DNA from: an uncultured Collinsella sp.
GTDB taxonomy: Bacteria; Actinomycetota; Coriobacteriia; Coriobacteriales; Coriobacteriaceae
Direction: 5' to 3'
Length of the DNA: 64,000 nucleotides
NCBI GenBank assembly: GCA_958351385.1
Contig: CATWKM010000004.1
Coordinates: 236 to 64,235 of the forward strand
Under the pieces are notes generated by a model. That model saw nothing but the letters and a program-made list of their open reading frames with translations, did no database searches and was not told the origin of the DNA. Positions within the stretch are counted from its first letter, which is position 1, and every line of letters starts with the position of its first letter. A program made the position numbers and the translations under genes. Positions 47,912-57,927 of the stretch are shown here, one piece after another.

Positions 47912-48739
47912 CTAGTAGCTCAGTGCCGGGTCGAAGAAGCCAATGAGAACGCCCACAAATGCGATCACAACGAGGATCAGCATCATAACGATGGGGTTGA
48001 CCTTCTTCTTGGTCATCATGTACCAGCAGAAGATGATGAAGATCATCGGCAGCAGGTGCGGATAGATGCCATCGAGCGTGTCCTGGAACTTACCGCCACC
48101 GGGCAGCACCAGGTTGGGGCTGCAGGTGATGGAGACCCAGGTAGCACCGACTGCACCGATGACCATGGTACCGACCATCACGATGGAATCACGCAGAGCC
48201 TTGGCCTTGGGGCCGACGAGGGCCTCGACCGCCTTGCCGCCGAGCTCATAGCCCTGCTTGTAGGCAAAGCGCATGCCAAGGAACATGAGCAGGTTCCACA
48301 CGACAATATAGAAGATGGCGCCGAGCGGGGAGCCGCCGGTCGAGAGACCGAGGGCAATACCGAGCAGGATCGGGATCAGGGTACCGACGATCAGCGAGTC
48401 GCCAAGGCCGGCGAGCGGGCCCATGAGGCCGGCGCGGATGCCGTTGATGGCGTCGTCGTCGATGGCCTCGCCGTTTGCGCGAGCCTCCTCGAGGCCGGCG
48501 GTGACGCCGACAATCATGGTGCCGATCTGCGGCTCGGTGTTGAAGAACGCGGAGTAGGTCTGGAGGGCCTGCTTCTGCTCCTCGGGCGTGTCGTAGAGCT
48601 CCTCGACAATCGGAAGCATGGCGCACAGGTAACCGAAGGTCTGCATGTGCTCCTGCGAGAAGCAGGTCAGGTTGCCATAGGACCAGTTACGGAACGACTT
48701 GGCAAGCGTTTTCTTAGAGAGCTTTTTCTTCTCTGCCAT
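47912..48739 (-). CDS. Mannose/fructose/sorbose-family PTS EIID
   Basis: EHMQTFGY, FFNTEPQ, GLMGPLAGLGDS. Confidence 0.93.
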   Translation of the reverse strand: MAEKKKLSKKTLAKSFRNWSYGNLTCFSQEHMQTFGYLCAMLPIVEELYDTPEEQKQALQTYSAFFNTEPQIGTMIVGVTAGLEEARANGEAIDDDAINGIRAGLMGPLAGLGDSLIVGTLIPILLGIALGLSTGGSPLGAIFYIVVWNLLMFLGMRFAYKQGYELGGKAVEALVGPKAKALRDSIVMVGTMVIGAVGATWVSITCSPNLVLPGGGKFQDTLDGIYPHLLPMIFIIFCWYMMTKKKVNPIVMMLILVVIAFVGVLIGFFDPALSY

Positions 48740-49596
48740 TAGATGTCCTCCTCTTCCTCATCATCTGAGCCCGAGGCGATAGCTGCCTTGGGAGCGTTTG
48801 CGAGGTCGATCTTGAGCGAAGCGATCTCATAGTTGATCAGGGCGAAGAAGCAGCCGATGCCGGCAGCGGCGATCAGGTTGCAGCCCATAACAGCGGACAG
48901 GGTGAAGCCGAAGAAGAACGTCAGGAAGTCCGTGGGCTTAGAGATGACCTGCTTGAGCAGGATGGCGATACCGACGGTAGGCAGCAGCGAGCCGACGGTA
49001 AACAGCGTCTTCATCGCGATGCCGTCCATGGGCATGTAGGTCTTCATGAGGTCGACCATGGCGGTGCCGCCCATGGTGATGATGAACGTCGGGAGGAACG
49101 AGCAGACGATGTGACCGATCCAAGGCAGAACGTTGTTGACCAGGTAGAGCTTGTGGAGATCGCCCTTCTCGAGCCACTTCCAGCCCATGCCCTGCCACAC
49201 CAGGTTGATGGTGGCGGTGCCATAGAAGAGCACAGTGCCGAGCGTGCCGACGGCGGCACCGAGGGATGCGGCCATGCCGGCAGCCTCAGCGGAGGCGGGA
49301 TCGATGCCCGAGTTCTTGATGGCGAGGATCGCCAGCGGGATGCCGATATAGGACACGGCGCGGACGTCGGCGGAGACGGTTCCGCCGGGGGTCACGAGAG
49401 CGATGTAGACAACCTGGATGGCAGCGCCGACGAGGATACCCGTCTGCATATCGCCCATGATGATGCCGACGATGAGGCCGGCGACCAGAGGACGACCCAG
49501 AGTGTAGTTGCCGATCGTCGTGCCGCCCATGCCAGGCAGTGATGCCAGGCAGGCGAACAGGCCGAACAGCGCGGCTTGGAATGCATTGATTGCCAT
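48739..49596 (-). CDS. Mannose-family PTS EIIC
   Basis: RPLVAGLIVG…GD…TG, PGG, LPTVGIAILL. Confidence 0.92.
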   Translation of the reverse strand: MAINAFQAALFGLFACLASLPGMGGTTIGNYTLGRPLVAGLIVGIIMGDMQTGILVGAAIQVVYIALVTPGGTVSADVRAVSYIGIPLAILAIKNSGIDPASAEAAGMAASLGAAVGTLGTVLFYGTATINLVWQGMGWKWLEKGDLHKLYLVNNVLPWIGHIVCSFLPTFIITMGGTAMVDLMKTYMPMDGIAMKTLFTVGSLLPTVGIAILLKQVISKPTDFLTFFFGFTLSAVMGCNLIAAAGIGCFFALINYEIASLKIDLANAPKAAIASGSDDEEEEDI

Positions 49597-49668
49597 GCTT
49601 TCCCCTTTCTTTATTCCTCAGCCCCTTTCACCAAGGGCTGTAGATACCAAAATGCGGCTGGCACCTAA

Positions 49669-50157
49669 CTAGAAGCCAAACTGACCGCGGAACTTGGGCC
49701 ACTCACCGATGGACTTCTCCTTGATAAGGGCGAACTCGACCGTGTAACCGGCGTTGGTGAGATCCTCGAGCGCCTGGGCCTCTTCCTGCGTGATCGACTG
49801 GTTGTTGCCAAGCTTGGTGGTGCCGGGACGATCGTTGCAGGGACCGACGATGATGCGGTCCATGCCGGGCTTAAAGCCAAAATCGACGAGAAGTTCCTTC
49901 ATGTCGAGCGGGTTCTTGGTGATCAGGAAGTACTTGGTGTCGGACTTGAGAACCTTCTCGGAGACCTCCTTGAAGTGCTCCTTGGTCCACACGAACGTCT
50001 TCTTGCCCGAGGCACTCTTGTAGGCCTCCTTGAGCACGGGGTTGGACGCTGCAGCGTCGTTGACGGCGATAAGACCGTCGCAGGGATACTCGAGGGCCCA
50101 ACGGGTAACGGTCTGTCCATGGATCATACGGTCATCAATACGGATGAACGAAATCAT
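49669..50157 (-). CDS. Mannose-family PTS EIIB
   Basis: RIDDRMIHGQ. Confidence 0.93.
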   Translation of the reverse strand: MISFIRIDDRMIHGQTVTRWALEYPCDGLIAVNDAAASNPVLKEAYKSASGKKTFVWTKEHFKEVSEKVLKSDTKYFLITKNPLDMKELLVDFGFKPGMDRIIVGPCNDRPGTTKLGNNQSITQEEAQALEDLTNAGYTVEFALIKEKSIGEWPKFRGQFGF

Positions 50158-50236
50158 GCGTTCTCCCTTTCTTTATCACCGGGGGTCTTTCCTCTTAACC
50201 CCCGCTCCATCACGAAAATTTGGGCGGATGCGCTGC

Positions 50237-50671
50237 CTAGATGTCGTCGTCCTCGTCGTCGGCGTCATCGGTCGGGACAACGAGCTCGGACATACCGTTC
50301 TTGCCCTCCTGCAGCATCATCTGCTTGAGGGAATCCAGGTCCATGGTGGCAAGCCCCATCATGGCGGTCATAGCCATGGGCAGATTCATACCGCCGAAGG
50401 CAATGGTGTGGGCGAGCAAACCCTTCTCGGCCAGCGTGTTCATGGCATTGGTGAGCGGCGATCCGCCCAGGATGTCACCAAGCAGGACAACCTCGTCATC
50501 GGCGGTAACGGGAGCGAGCATCGCCTTGACGTTCTCGACATACTCGTCAGCGCCCATGCCGTCCACGAGACTCGTCGACAAGATGTTCGGGGCGTCATTG
50601 CCGAGCATCTTGAGGACACTGTGCAGTCCGGGAGCGAGCGTTCCGTGACTGACCATTACCAGATACCGCAT
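50237..50671 (-). CDS. Mannose-family PTS EIIA
   Basis: VSHG, DILGGSP, GMNLPM; RBS GAGGAG. Confidence 0.93.
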   Translation of the reverse strand: MRYLVMVSHGTLAPGLHSVLKMLGNDAPNILSTSLVDGMGADEYVENVKAMLAPVTADDEVVLLGDILGGSPLTNAMNTLAEKGLLAHTIAFGGMNLPMAMTAMMGLATMDLDSLKQMMLQEGKNGMSELVVPTDDADDEDDDI

Positions 50672-50741
50672 GCGGTCTCCTCTCGACCTGCCGTGTGTCG
50701 CACGGCTTTGCTTTTTGCTGAGATTATTGTTGCGCCGGGGC

Positions 50742-50753
50742 ATGTTCGGTACA
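50742..50753. promoter_or_regulatory. Candidate operator ATGTTCGGTACA (PTS promoter)
   Basis: Identical to 46409-46420; lies in the PTS/GntR divergent intergenic region. Confidence 0.6.
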
Positions 50754-50980
50754 AGAAAATAGCTGCGAACGGCAACTATTCATCGGTTAACGGTAGCAAC
50801 TATTTTTGTGCCTAAATTATTTTTTCTTCTAATTACTTTTTAAAATAGCAGGTAGATTGCCTGATAAATGGTTTATGTTCCTTATGCACCATACATACCA
50901 GCAAGAATCGGGCCTGGCATCTCCGGTTTGCCCCGCAGTGTCAGACCATGTCACGTACGCCCACGACATGGAGGTACCCC

Positions 50981-51763
50981 ATGGATATGATCTCGTTTCT
51001 CGCCTCCGAACCCTTCGACCGCAGCGGTGATACGCCGCTCTATGTCCAGCTTAAACATCGAATCGCTCTGCTTATCGCCAGCCAGGCGTTCGACACCAAG
51101 ACGCCGCTGCCACGCGAGCTCGAAATCTGTGAGCGGCTGGAGTTATCGCGCGCGACCGTGCGCCGTTGCTTCCAAGATCTCGTCATCGAGGGGCGCGTGG
51201 TGCGCAAGCGCGGCCAGGGCACGTTCATCAAGCCCCAAACTTCAGCACCCGGCATCGACCTGGCCCTGAATTTCAGCGCGCGGATGCGCGAAGCGGGACG
51301 GGTTCCGAGCTCGCAGATTCTCGCCTTTTCAAGCATACCGGCCGTCCGCGGCATCGCCTCCGGGCTCAAAGTGCCCGAAGGGACACCCGTCTGGGAGATT
51401 CGCCGCCTGCGTCTCGCCAACGACAAACCCATGGAGCTCAACTACGTCTATATCCCCGTGTCACTTTGCCCCGAGCTCACGCGCAAAGACGTGGATGGCT
51501 CGCTCTACGCCTACATCGCGGAAAAGACCGGCATCCTGCCCGCAAGCGTCGATGCCGTCTACGAGACGGTCAACCTCGACAAGCATGAGGCGCGTCTTTT
51601 GGGACAGAACACCGGTAAGGCGGCGATGCGCATCGTGCGTTCGACCTACGACAAGACGGGAACCCCGTTCGAGGTAGGCGTGCTCATCAGCTGCGACGGT
51701 CAGGCAAAGCTGCACGTGCACATCGCCGCCGACAAAACAACCTTCACCGCCACAGCCCAATAA
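50981..51763 (+). CDS. GntR family (HutC/UTRA) regulator
   Basis: PLYVQL, LPRELE…SRATVRR, RKRGQGTF, RLRLANDKP; RBS GGAGG. Confidence 0.92.
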   Translation: MDMISFLASEPFDRSGDTPLYVQLKHRIALLIASQAFDTKTPLPRELEICERLELSRATVRRCFQDLVIEGRVVRKRGQGTFIKPQTSAPGIDLALNFSARMREAGRVPSSQILAFSSIPAVRGIASGLKVPEGTPVWEIRRLRLANDKPMELNYVYIPVSLCPELTRKDVDGSLYAYIAEKTGILPASVDAVYETVNLDKHEARLLGQNTGKAAMRIVRSTYDKTGTPFEVGVLISCDGQAKLHVHIAADKTTFTATAQ

Positions 51764-51772
51764 ATCCAAAAC

Positions 51773-51809
51773 GTGGGCGCCGTCGTTCAAACGAACGACG
51801 GCGCCCACA
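51773..51809. terminator. Hairpin between convergent gntR and carB
   Basis: GTGGGCGCCGTCGTTC-AAAC-GAACGACGGCGCCCAC. Confidence 0.65.
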
Positions 51810-51900
51810 CTCATTTTCTATTCAGCCCTAGTCATCGCACAAAGCCCCTTCGGCAGCACACGGTGCAACCGAGTCACCGTAGGCCGGGGCGGGAGGCGGT

Positions 51901-51945
51901 CCTTTCTCTCGGAAAACTTCGCGAAGCCCAGTTTCCGAGAGAAAG
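51901..51945. repeat. Structured ~45-bp hairpin element, copy 2 (inverted)
   Basis: Reverse complement CTTTCTCTCGGAAAC-TGGGCTTCGCGAAG-TTTTCCGAGAGAAAGG. Confidence 0.85.
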
Positions 51946-51978
51946 TGTCCGGCTGCCGCCCCGGCCGACCAGGTCACA

Positions 51979-54900
51979 TTACACCGTGTGCTGCGGCAGG
52001 TCCTGCAGGGCGATGACGTCCATGCCCATGTCGTTGGCGCTGCCGTGACCCTGCTGGTCCTCACGCACCGCCTCGATGGCACTCACGTACGTGTTGGCGG
52101 CAGACATCGCGGTCACGCAGGTCACACCGCGTCGCACTGCCTCGGTGCGCAGCAGATAGCCGTCGCCGCGCGAGCCCGGACCGTACGGCGTGTTGATGAT
52201 CACCGCGATCTTGCCATCGGCGATGAGGTCGCCGATGTTGGGGCGCTCGCCGTCGTGCGGGCCGCTAATCTTCTCCACGATCTCGCACGTCACGTTGCCT
52301 CCACGCAGCACGCGCGCCGTACCCTCGGTAGAGCAGATGTCAAAGCCCAGATAGCGCAGGATACGGGCGACCGAAAGGATATGGCGCTTGTCGCGGTCGC
52401 ACACGCTAATGAACACCTTGCCGCAACTCGGGTCGGGCAGCTTGTAGTCGATCGCCAGCTGCGTCTTGGCGTATGCCTCGGGATAGCTCTTGGCGATACC
52501 CATGACCTCGCCCGTCGACTTCATCTCGGGCCCCAGGATGACGTCGGCGCCCGGGAAACGGCCCCAGGGCATAACGGCTTCCTTCATGCAGAACCAGTCC
52601 AGCTGACGCTCATCGCTCGGCAGGCCCAAGCTCGCGATGGAATCGCCCGCCATGATACGCGCCGCGCACTTGGCCAGCGGCACGCCGGTGGCCTTGGAGA
52701 TAAACGGCACGGTACGGCTGGCACGCGGGTTGGCCTCGATCACGTAGACGGTCTCACCCTTGATGGCATACTGCACGTTGACCAGGCCGCGTACGCCCAG
52801 CGCCATCGCGATGCGGCGCGTGGTCTCGCGGAGCTTCGCCTGCAGGCTCTCGCTAAAGCTAAACGGCGGAATGCAGGTCGCAGAGTCGCCGGAGTGAATA
52901 CCGGCCTCCTCAATATGCTCCAGGATGCCGCCGATGTAGACCTCTTCGCCGTCGCACAGGGCATCGACATCGGACTCAATCGCACCCTCCAGGAAGCGGT
53001 CGAGGTACACCGGGTAGTCGGGGCTAATGCGCGCAGCCTCGGCCATGTAATCGCGTAGATGCCCGGCATCGTAGGCGATCATCATGCCGCGGCCACCCAG
53101 CACGTAGCTCGGACGCACCAGCAGCGGGTAGCCGATGTGCGCGGCCACGGCCTCGGCCTCCTCAAACGAGGTGGCCTGACCCGCCGGCGGGTACATAATG
53201 CCCAGCTTGTCGAGTAGGGCGGCAAAGCGCTCGCGGTCCTCGGCAAAGTCGATGGCGTCGGGCTTTGTGCCCATAATGTTGACGCCGCTCTCCTCGAGCA
53301 TGCGCGCCAGTTTAAGCGGGGTCTGGCCGCCGAGCGTCACCACGACGCCGTCGGGGCGCTCGACATCGATAACGTCCATGACGTCCTCGTAGGTGAGCGG
53401 CTCAAAGTACAGACGGTCGGACGTGTCATAGTCGGTCGAGACGGTCTCGGGATTGCAGTTGACCATGATGGTCTCGAAGCCGCGGGCCGCCAGCGCGTAG
53501 CTCGCGTGCACGCAGCAGTAATCGAACTCGATACCCTGGCCAATGCGGTTGGGGCCGGCGCCCAGGATCATCGCCTTGGGCTTGTCCGCCGGCGTGGTCT
53601 CGTCGGGAGCCACGCACTTCTTGGCATCCGGGCTCGTGCGGTAGATGTTCTCGTACGTCTTGTAGTGGTACTCCGTGGCGCTCGAAAACTCCGCAGCGCA
53701 GGTATCGACCGTCTTCATGCTGGGAACCACGCCCAGACCCTTGCGATAGGCGCGCACAAAGCGCTCGTCCGAGCCGGTCAGCGCGGCAATCTCGGCGTCG
53801 CTCGTGCCGTACTGCTTGAGCAGGCGCATCGCGTCGGCGTCGATATCCTCCACACGCAGGCCGCGGATGCTCTCCTGGACCTGCACCATGTCGTTGATAC
53901 GGTTGAGGTACCACGGATCGATACCGCAGATGGCATGGATGTGGGCGATGTCCCAGCCACGGCGCAGGGCCTCGACCACAAAGAAGATGCGGTGCTCGGT
54001 CGGGGTTGCCACGGCCTGAGCGAGCTCATCGTCGCTCAGCTTGTCGGCACCCTCCTTGCCACCGGCGCAGATGCCCTGGTGACCGTCCTCCAGTGAGCGC
54101 ATGGCCTTGCCGAAGGCCTCCTCAAAGGTGCGGCCGATCGCCATAATCTCGCCCACGGCCTTCATGCGCGTGGTGAGCGTGGGGTCGGTACCCTTGAACT
54201 TCTCGAAGGCAAAGCGCGGCACCTTGACCACACAGTAGTCGATCGTGGGCTCAAAGCAGGCGGGCGTAGCCTTGGTGATGTCGTTGACGATCTCGTCGAG
54301 CGTATAGCCCACGGCCAGACGCGCGGCGGCCTTGGCAATGGGGAAACCCGTGGCCTTGGAGGCCAGCGCGGACGAGCGGCTCACGCGCGGGTTCATCTCG
54401 ATGACGATCAGGCGGCCGGTGTTGGGGTTCACGGCAAACTGCACGTTGGAGCCACCGGTCTCGACGCCGATCTTCTCAAGAATGGCGAGCGAGGCCACGC
54501 GCATGCGCTGATACTCAAGGTCGGAGAGCGTCTGCGCCGGCGCCACGGTGATGGAGTCGCCGGTATGCACGCCCATGGGGTCGAGGTTCTCGATGGAGCA
54601 CACGATGATGCCGTTGCCGGCGTGGTCGCGCATGACCTCCATCTCGTACTCTTTCCAGCCCTCGATGGACTCCTCGACCAGCACCTCGTGGGCAGGCGAG
54701 AGCTCCAGGCCCTGGCTCACGATGGAGACAAGCTCCTCGTGGGTGTGAGCGATGCCGCCGCCGGCGCCGCCGAGGGTAAAGCTCGGGCGCAGTACACAGG
54801 GATAGCCTACGCGCTCGGCGATAGCCTCGGCGTCGGCGACGCTGTAGGCGTAGCCCGAGCGCGCGACCTCCAGGCCAATCTCAGCCATGGCCTCGTTAAA

Positions 54901-55293
54901 GAGCTTACGGTCCTCGCCGCGCTCGATGGCGGCCAGGTCGCAGCCGATCATCTCGACGCCGTACTTGTCGAGCGTACCGTCTTTCGCCAGCTCGACGGCG
55001 GCGTTCAGACCAGTCTGGCCGCCCAGCGTGGGCAGCAGCGCGTCCGGGCGCTCTTTCTTGATTACGCGCTCGATAAACTCGGCGGTGATGGGCTCGACAT
55101 AGGTGCGGTCGGCAAGACCCGGGTCGGTCATGATGGTCGCCGGATTGGAGTTGACCAGGATGACCTCAAAGCCATCCTCCTTGAGCACCTTGCAGGCCTG
55201 GGCGCCGGAGTAGTCGAACTCGCAGGCCTGTCCAATAACGATGGGGCCCGAACCAATAACGAGGATACGCTTGATGTCAGTACGTTTCGGCAT
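51979..55293 (-). CDS. carB: Carbamoyl-phosphate synthase large subunit
   Basis: [57 protein letters not shown] domain. Confidence 0.98.
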   Translation of the reverse strand: MPKRTDIKRILVIGSGPIVIGQACEFDYSGAQACKVLKEDGFEVILVNSNPATIMTDPGLADRTYVEPITAEFIERVIKKERPDALLPTLGGQTGLNAAVELAKDGTLDKYGVEMIGCDLAAIERGEDRKLFNEAMAEIGLEVARSGYAYSVADAEAIAERVGYPCVLRPSFTLGGAGGGIAHTHEELVSIVSQGLELSPAHEVLVEESIEGWKEYEMEVMRDHAGNGIIVCSIENLDPMGVHTGDSITVAPAQTLSDLEYQRMRVASLAILEKIGVETGGSNVQFAVNPNTGRLIVIEMNPRVSRSSALASKATGFPIAKAAARLAVGYTLDEIVNDITKATPACFEPTIDYCVVKVPRFAFEKFKGTDPTLTTRMKAVGEIMAIGRTFEEAFGKAMRSLEDGHQGICAGGKEGADKLSDDELAQAVATPTEHRIFFVVEALRRGWDIAHIHAICGIDPWYLNRINDMVQVQESIRGLRVEDIDADAMRLLKQYGTSDAEIAALTGSDERFVRAYRKGLGVVPSMKTVDTCAAEFSSATEYHYKTYENIYRTSPDAKKCVAPDETTPADKPKAMILGAGPNRIGQGIEFDYCCVHASYALAARGFETIMVNCNPETVSTDYDTSDRLYFEPLTYEDVMDVIDVERPDGVVVTLGGQTPLKLARMLEESGVNIMGTKPDAIDFAEDRERFAALLDKLGIMYPPAGQATSFEEAEAVAAHIGYPLLVRPSYVLGGRGMMIAYDAGHLRDYMAEAARISPDYPVYLDRFLEGAIESDVDALCDGEEVYIGGILEHIEEAGIHSGDSATCIPPFSFSESLQAKLRETTRRIAMALGVRGLVNVQYAIKGETVYVIEANPRASRTVPFISKATGVPLAKCAARIMAGDSIASLGLPSDERQLDWFCMKEAVMPWGRFPGADVILGPEMKSTGEVMGIAKSYPEAYAKTQLAIDYKLPDPSCGKVFISVCDRDKRHILSVARILRYLGFDICSTEGTARVLRGGNVTCEIVEKISGPHDGERPNIGDLIADGKIAVIINTPYGPGSRGDGYLLRTEAVRRGVTCVTAMSAANTYVSAIEAVREDQQGHGSANDMGMDVIALQDLPQHTV

Positions 55294-55294
55294 G

Positions 55295-56734
55295 TTAGTT
55301 CTCCTCGGTCGCAGCGTTCTCGAACTCGGCGAAATTCCAGCCGGCGAGGCGGTCCTTCGCGGTGTCGATGTCCAGGTAGTTCTCCTCGCCGTCCATGAGT
55401 CGCGTAAAGGCGGTAAAGAGATAGTGGGCATCGGTGGGGCCGGGCGAGGCCTCGGGGTGGTACTGGACCGAGAAACACGGGGCGTCGAGCAGCTGGATGC
55501 CCTCGGCGGTGCCGTCGTTGAGGTTCACATGTGTCAGGCGAATGCGGCCGAAGCGCTCGTTCATCACAACCGGCGCGATGCCGCGGCGCACCCAGACGCG
55601 CAGGTCACCGTCGGCCGCATGCTCGGTTTCGCCGCCGGAAAGCTCCGGAATCAGTTTGCCCAGACTGGGGAACAGCAGGCCAAAGCCGTGGTTTTGCGCG
55701 GTGATCTCCACGCGACGGCTCACCAGATTCATAACCGGCTGGTTACCGCCACGGTGACCGAATTTAAGCTTTTCCATTTGGGCGCCGCAGGCCAGGCTGA
55801 TCATCTGGTGACCAAGACAAATACCAAAGACCGGCACCTTGCCGATCAGCTGCTGTACCTGCTCGTAGGTCTCCACCACGGCGTCGGGGTCGCCGGGGCC
55901 GTTGGACAAAAAGACGCCATCGGGATTCATCTCGAGCACCTGCTGGGCGGGCGTATCCCACGGCACGATGGTGAGGTCGCAGCCGGCGCGGACCAGCCCC
56001 TCCAGAATGCCGCGCTTCACACCGCAGTCGTAGGCGACCACTTTGTGACGGGCAGGAGCGGCAGCCGCAAGCGCAAAGTCATGCGTGGCAGGCAGGTCGG
56101 CGGCCGCAAACTCGTGAGGCGCGGGGCAACTTACGGTCTTGACCAGGTTCTCGCCTACCAGCGTGGGCGCTGCGGCCAGACGCTCGGCAAGCTCGTCGAC
56201 GTCGAAGATCTCTGTCGAGATAATGCCCATCTTGGAACCATTGTCGCGCAGATGGCGCACCAGAGCGCGGGTGTCGACACCCTCGATAGCGACGATGCCG
56301 TGAGCGCGCAGGTACTCCGGCACGCTGACGGCCGAGCGCCAGTTAGAAGGCGTGGCGCACATGTCGCGAACGATCATGCCGCGCATAGCCGGAGCGCTCG
56401 CAGGGCGCACGGCGTCGCCGGGGAAGGCCGACTGGACATCGGTCTCGTCGATACCGTAATTGCCGATCTGCGGATAGGTCATGGTTACAATTTGGCCGGC
56501 ATAACTCGGGTCGGTCATGACCTCAAAGTAGCCCTCAAGCGAGGTGTTGAAGCAGACTTCGCCGGTCGCGGTGCCCTCGGCGCCGCATGCACGTCCATAA
56601 AAAATGGTCCCATCCTCAAGATACAGGATACAGGGACCGCAGGTGCCCTTGCTGGTTTTGGCCAGCATACGCTGGCAAAGCTCGCTGGGCGCGAAGGTGC
56701 GGGCGGCAGCGCCCGCGGTATGGTTGTTCGCCAT
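55295..56734 (-). CDS. carA: Carbamoyl-phosphate synthase small subunit
   Basis: [44 protein letters not shown]. Confidence 0.97.
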   Translation of the reverse strand: MANNHTAGAAARTFAPSELCQRMLAKTSKGTCGPCILYLEDGTIFYGRACGAEGTATGEVCFNTSLEGYFEVMTDPSYAGQIVTMTYPQIGNYGIDETDVQSAFPGDAVRPASAPAMRGMIVRDMCATPSNWRSAVSVPEYLRAHGIVAIEGVDTRALVRHLRDNGSKMGIISTEIFDVDELAERLAAAPTLVGENLVKTVSCPAPHEFAAADLPATHDFALAAAAPARHKVVAYDCGVKRGILEGLVRAGCDLTIVPWDTPAQQVLEMNPDGVFLSNGPGDPDAVVETYEQVQQLIGKVPVFGICLGHQMISLACGAQMEKLKFGHRGGNQPVMNLVSRRVEITAQNHGFGLLFPSLGKLIPELSGGETEHAADGDLRVWVRRGIAPVVMNERFGRIRLTHVNLNDGTAEGIQLLDAPCFSVQYHPEASPGPTDAHYLFTAFTRLMDGEENYLDIDTAKDRLAGWNFAEFENAATEEN

Positions 56735-56853
56735 AATTCTCCTTCCCGGTCTCACAGGACCGGCTTAAAGGTGTGTAGTTAGGCCTCGCGGTATTGTAAC
56801 CGCAAGCATGCCTCATGGCGTTAATTTCATCGAAATGTTTACGAAATGATAAT

Positions 56854-56871
56854 TATGACTTTCTATGCATA
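56854..56871. promoter_or_regulatory. Putative ARG box upstream of carAB
   Basis: TATGACTTTCTATGCATA resembles the 18-bp ArgR operator (nTGAAT-n4-ATTCAn or TGCAT-n4-ATGCA) and lies in an AT-rich patch. Confidence 0.45.
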
Positions 56872-56942
56872 ATGATTATTTAATCCCCGTCCCAGAAAAA
56901 TTATCCCGCGTGGGCTTGTGGCTCACGCGGGATAATGGCCTC

Positions 56943-57908
56943 TTACTTTTGCTTGTCCTGTTCCAGCAGATCGGACGGTGAGCGATCGGGCTTGCCGCCG
57001 CGGAAAATCTCGCGGCCATGCAGACGATGCTCCAGGTCACGTTCGGCCTTTTCCTCGTCAATCTTGGTCTGGCTCACCACCGGGTCCTCGATCAGCGACG
57101 AAACCGAGTTCACCTGTTTTTGAATGCGCTCGGCAATGGTGTCGTCCATGCTTACGATGTGCATCTTCCAGTCGATACTCGTGGCGTTGGATGAGCTCTT
57201 GGTCCACACAAACGTCAAAATGGCGCTCTGATGACCCCGCGCGGGAAACATGCCAAAGAAGGAATCGTGCTGAATGTTGCTATCCTCGTCGATATAGGCG
57301 TGAACGTTATACACCACGCGGTCGATCTTATCGTTGAGCAGCGCGTTGGTCGCAAGCGCAGCGGCCTGAATCTGCCCGTTGGACAGCAGCTCGAGCTCGT
57401 TGGCAGACGATGTGTCCAACACCGTCACCTCGACCGTGCCCGTACGCTCATCAGCTTCATCGACGGTAAAGTCGAGCGGGAACTGCGTAAAGCCGTTGCC
57501 CCACTCAAGGCCGCCCTTCAGCGCCGTCGAAACGGTATCCACCGAAACGCTCTCGGACAGGTTGGCGGTATTCAGACGGCGCATCACGCCGTAGCCGATC
57601 TGCATGCCCACGATCAGCACCAGAATACCGATGACCACGGCCATCGCGGTCTTCGTAATGGTATGGCTCACCTGCGAGCCCGAAGGATCGTCCTCGGACA
57701 GCGGGTCGATATGTTTTGCCTGGCTCGCGCGGTCCTCGCTGCGCAGCTGCGCTAGCGCCGCTTTGTCACCGCGCTTGGCCGCAGCCTCCTTCTCACGCAT
57801 GCGCTCGGTTCGCTTTTTGGCAAGCGTGGGATCCAAGACACCGGATGCATCGATTTCGGAGAATAACTCCGTCACTTCTTCCGGAGTCAAAGGGTTCTTG
57901 TCAGCCAT
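56943..57908 (-). CDS. Hypothetical single-TM protein
   Basis: 321-aa ORF with host-like codon usage and one TM segment (AVVIGILVLIVGMQIGYG). Confidence 0.75.
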   Translation of the reverse strand: MADKNPLTPEEVTELFSEIDASGVLDPTLAKKRTERMREKEAAAKRGDKAALAQLRSEDRASQAKHIDPLSEDDPSGSQVSHTITKTAMAVVIGILVLIVGMQIGYGVMRRLNTANLSESVSVDTVSTALKGGLEWGNGFTQFPLDFTVDEADERTGTVEVTVLDTSSANELELLSNGQIQAAALATNALLNDKIDRVVYNVHAYIDEDSNIQHDSFFGMFPARGHQSAILTFVWTKSSSNATSIDWKMHIVSMDDTIAERIQKQVNSVSSLIEDPVVSQTKIDEEKAERDLEHRLHGREIFRGGKPDRSPSDLLEQDKQK

Positions 57909-57927
57909 AAACTTCCTGTCATATCAA

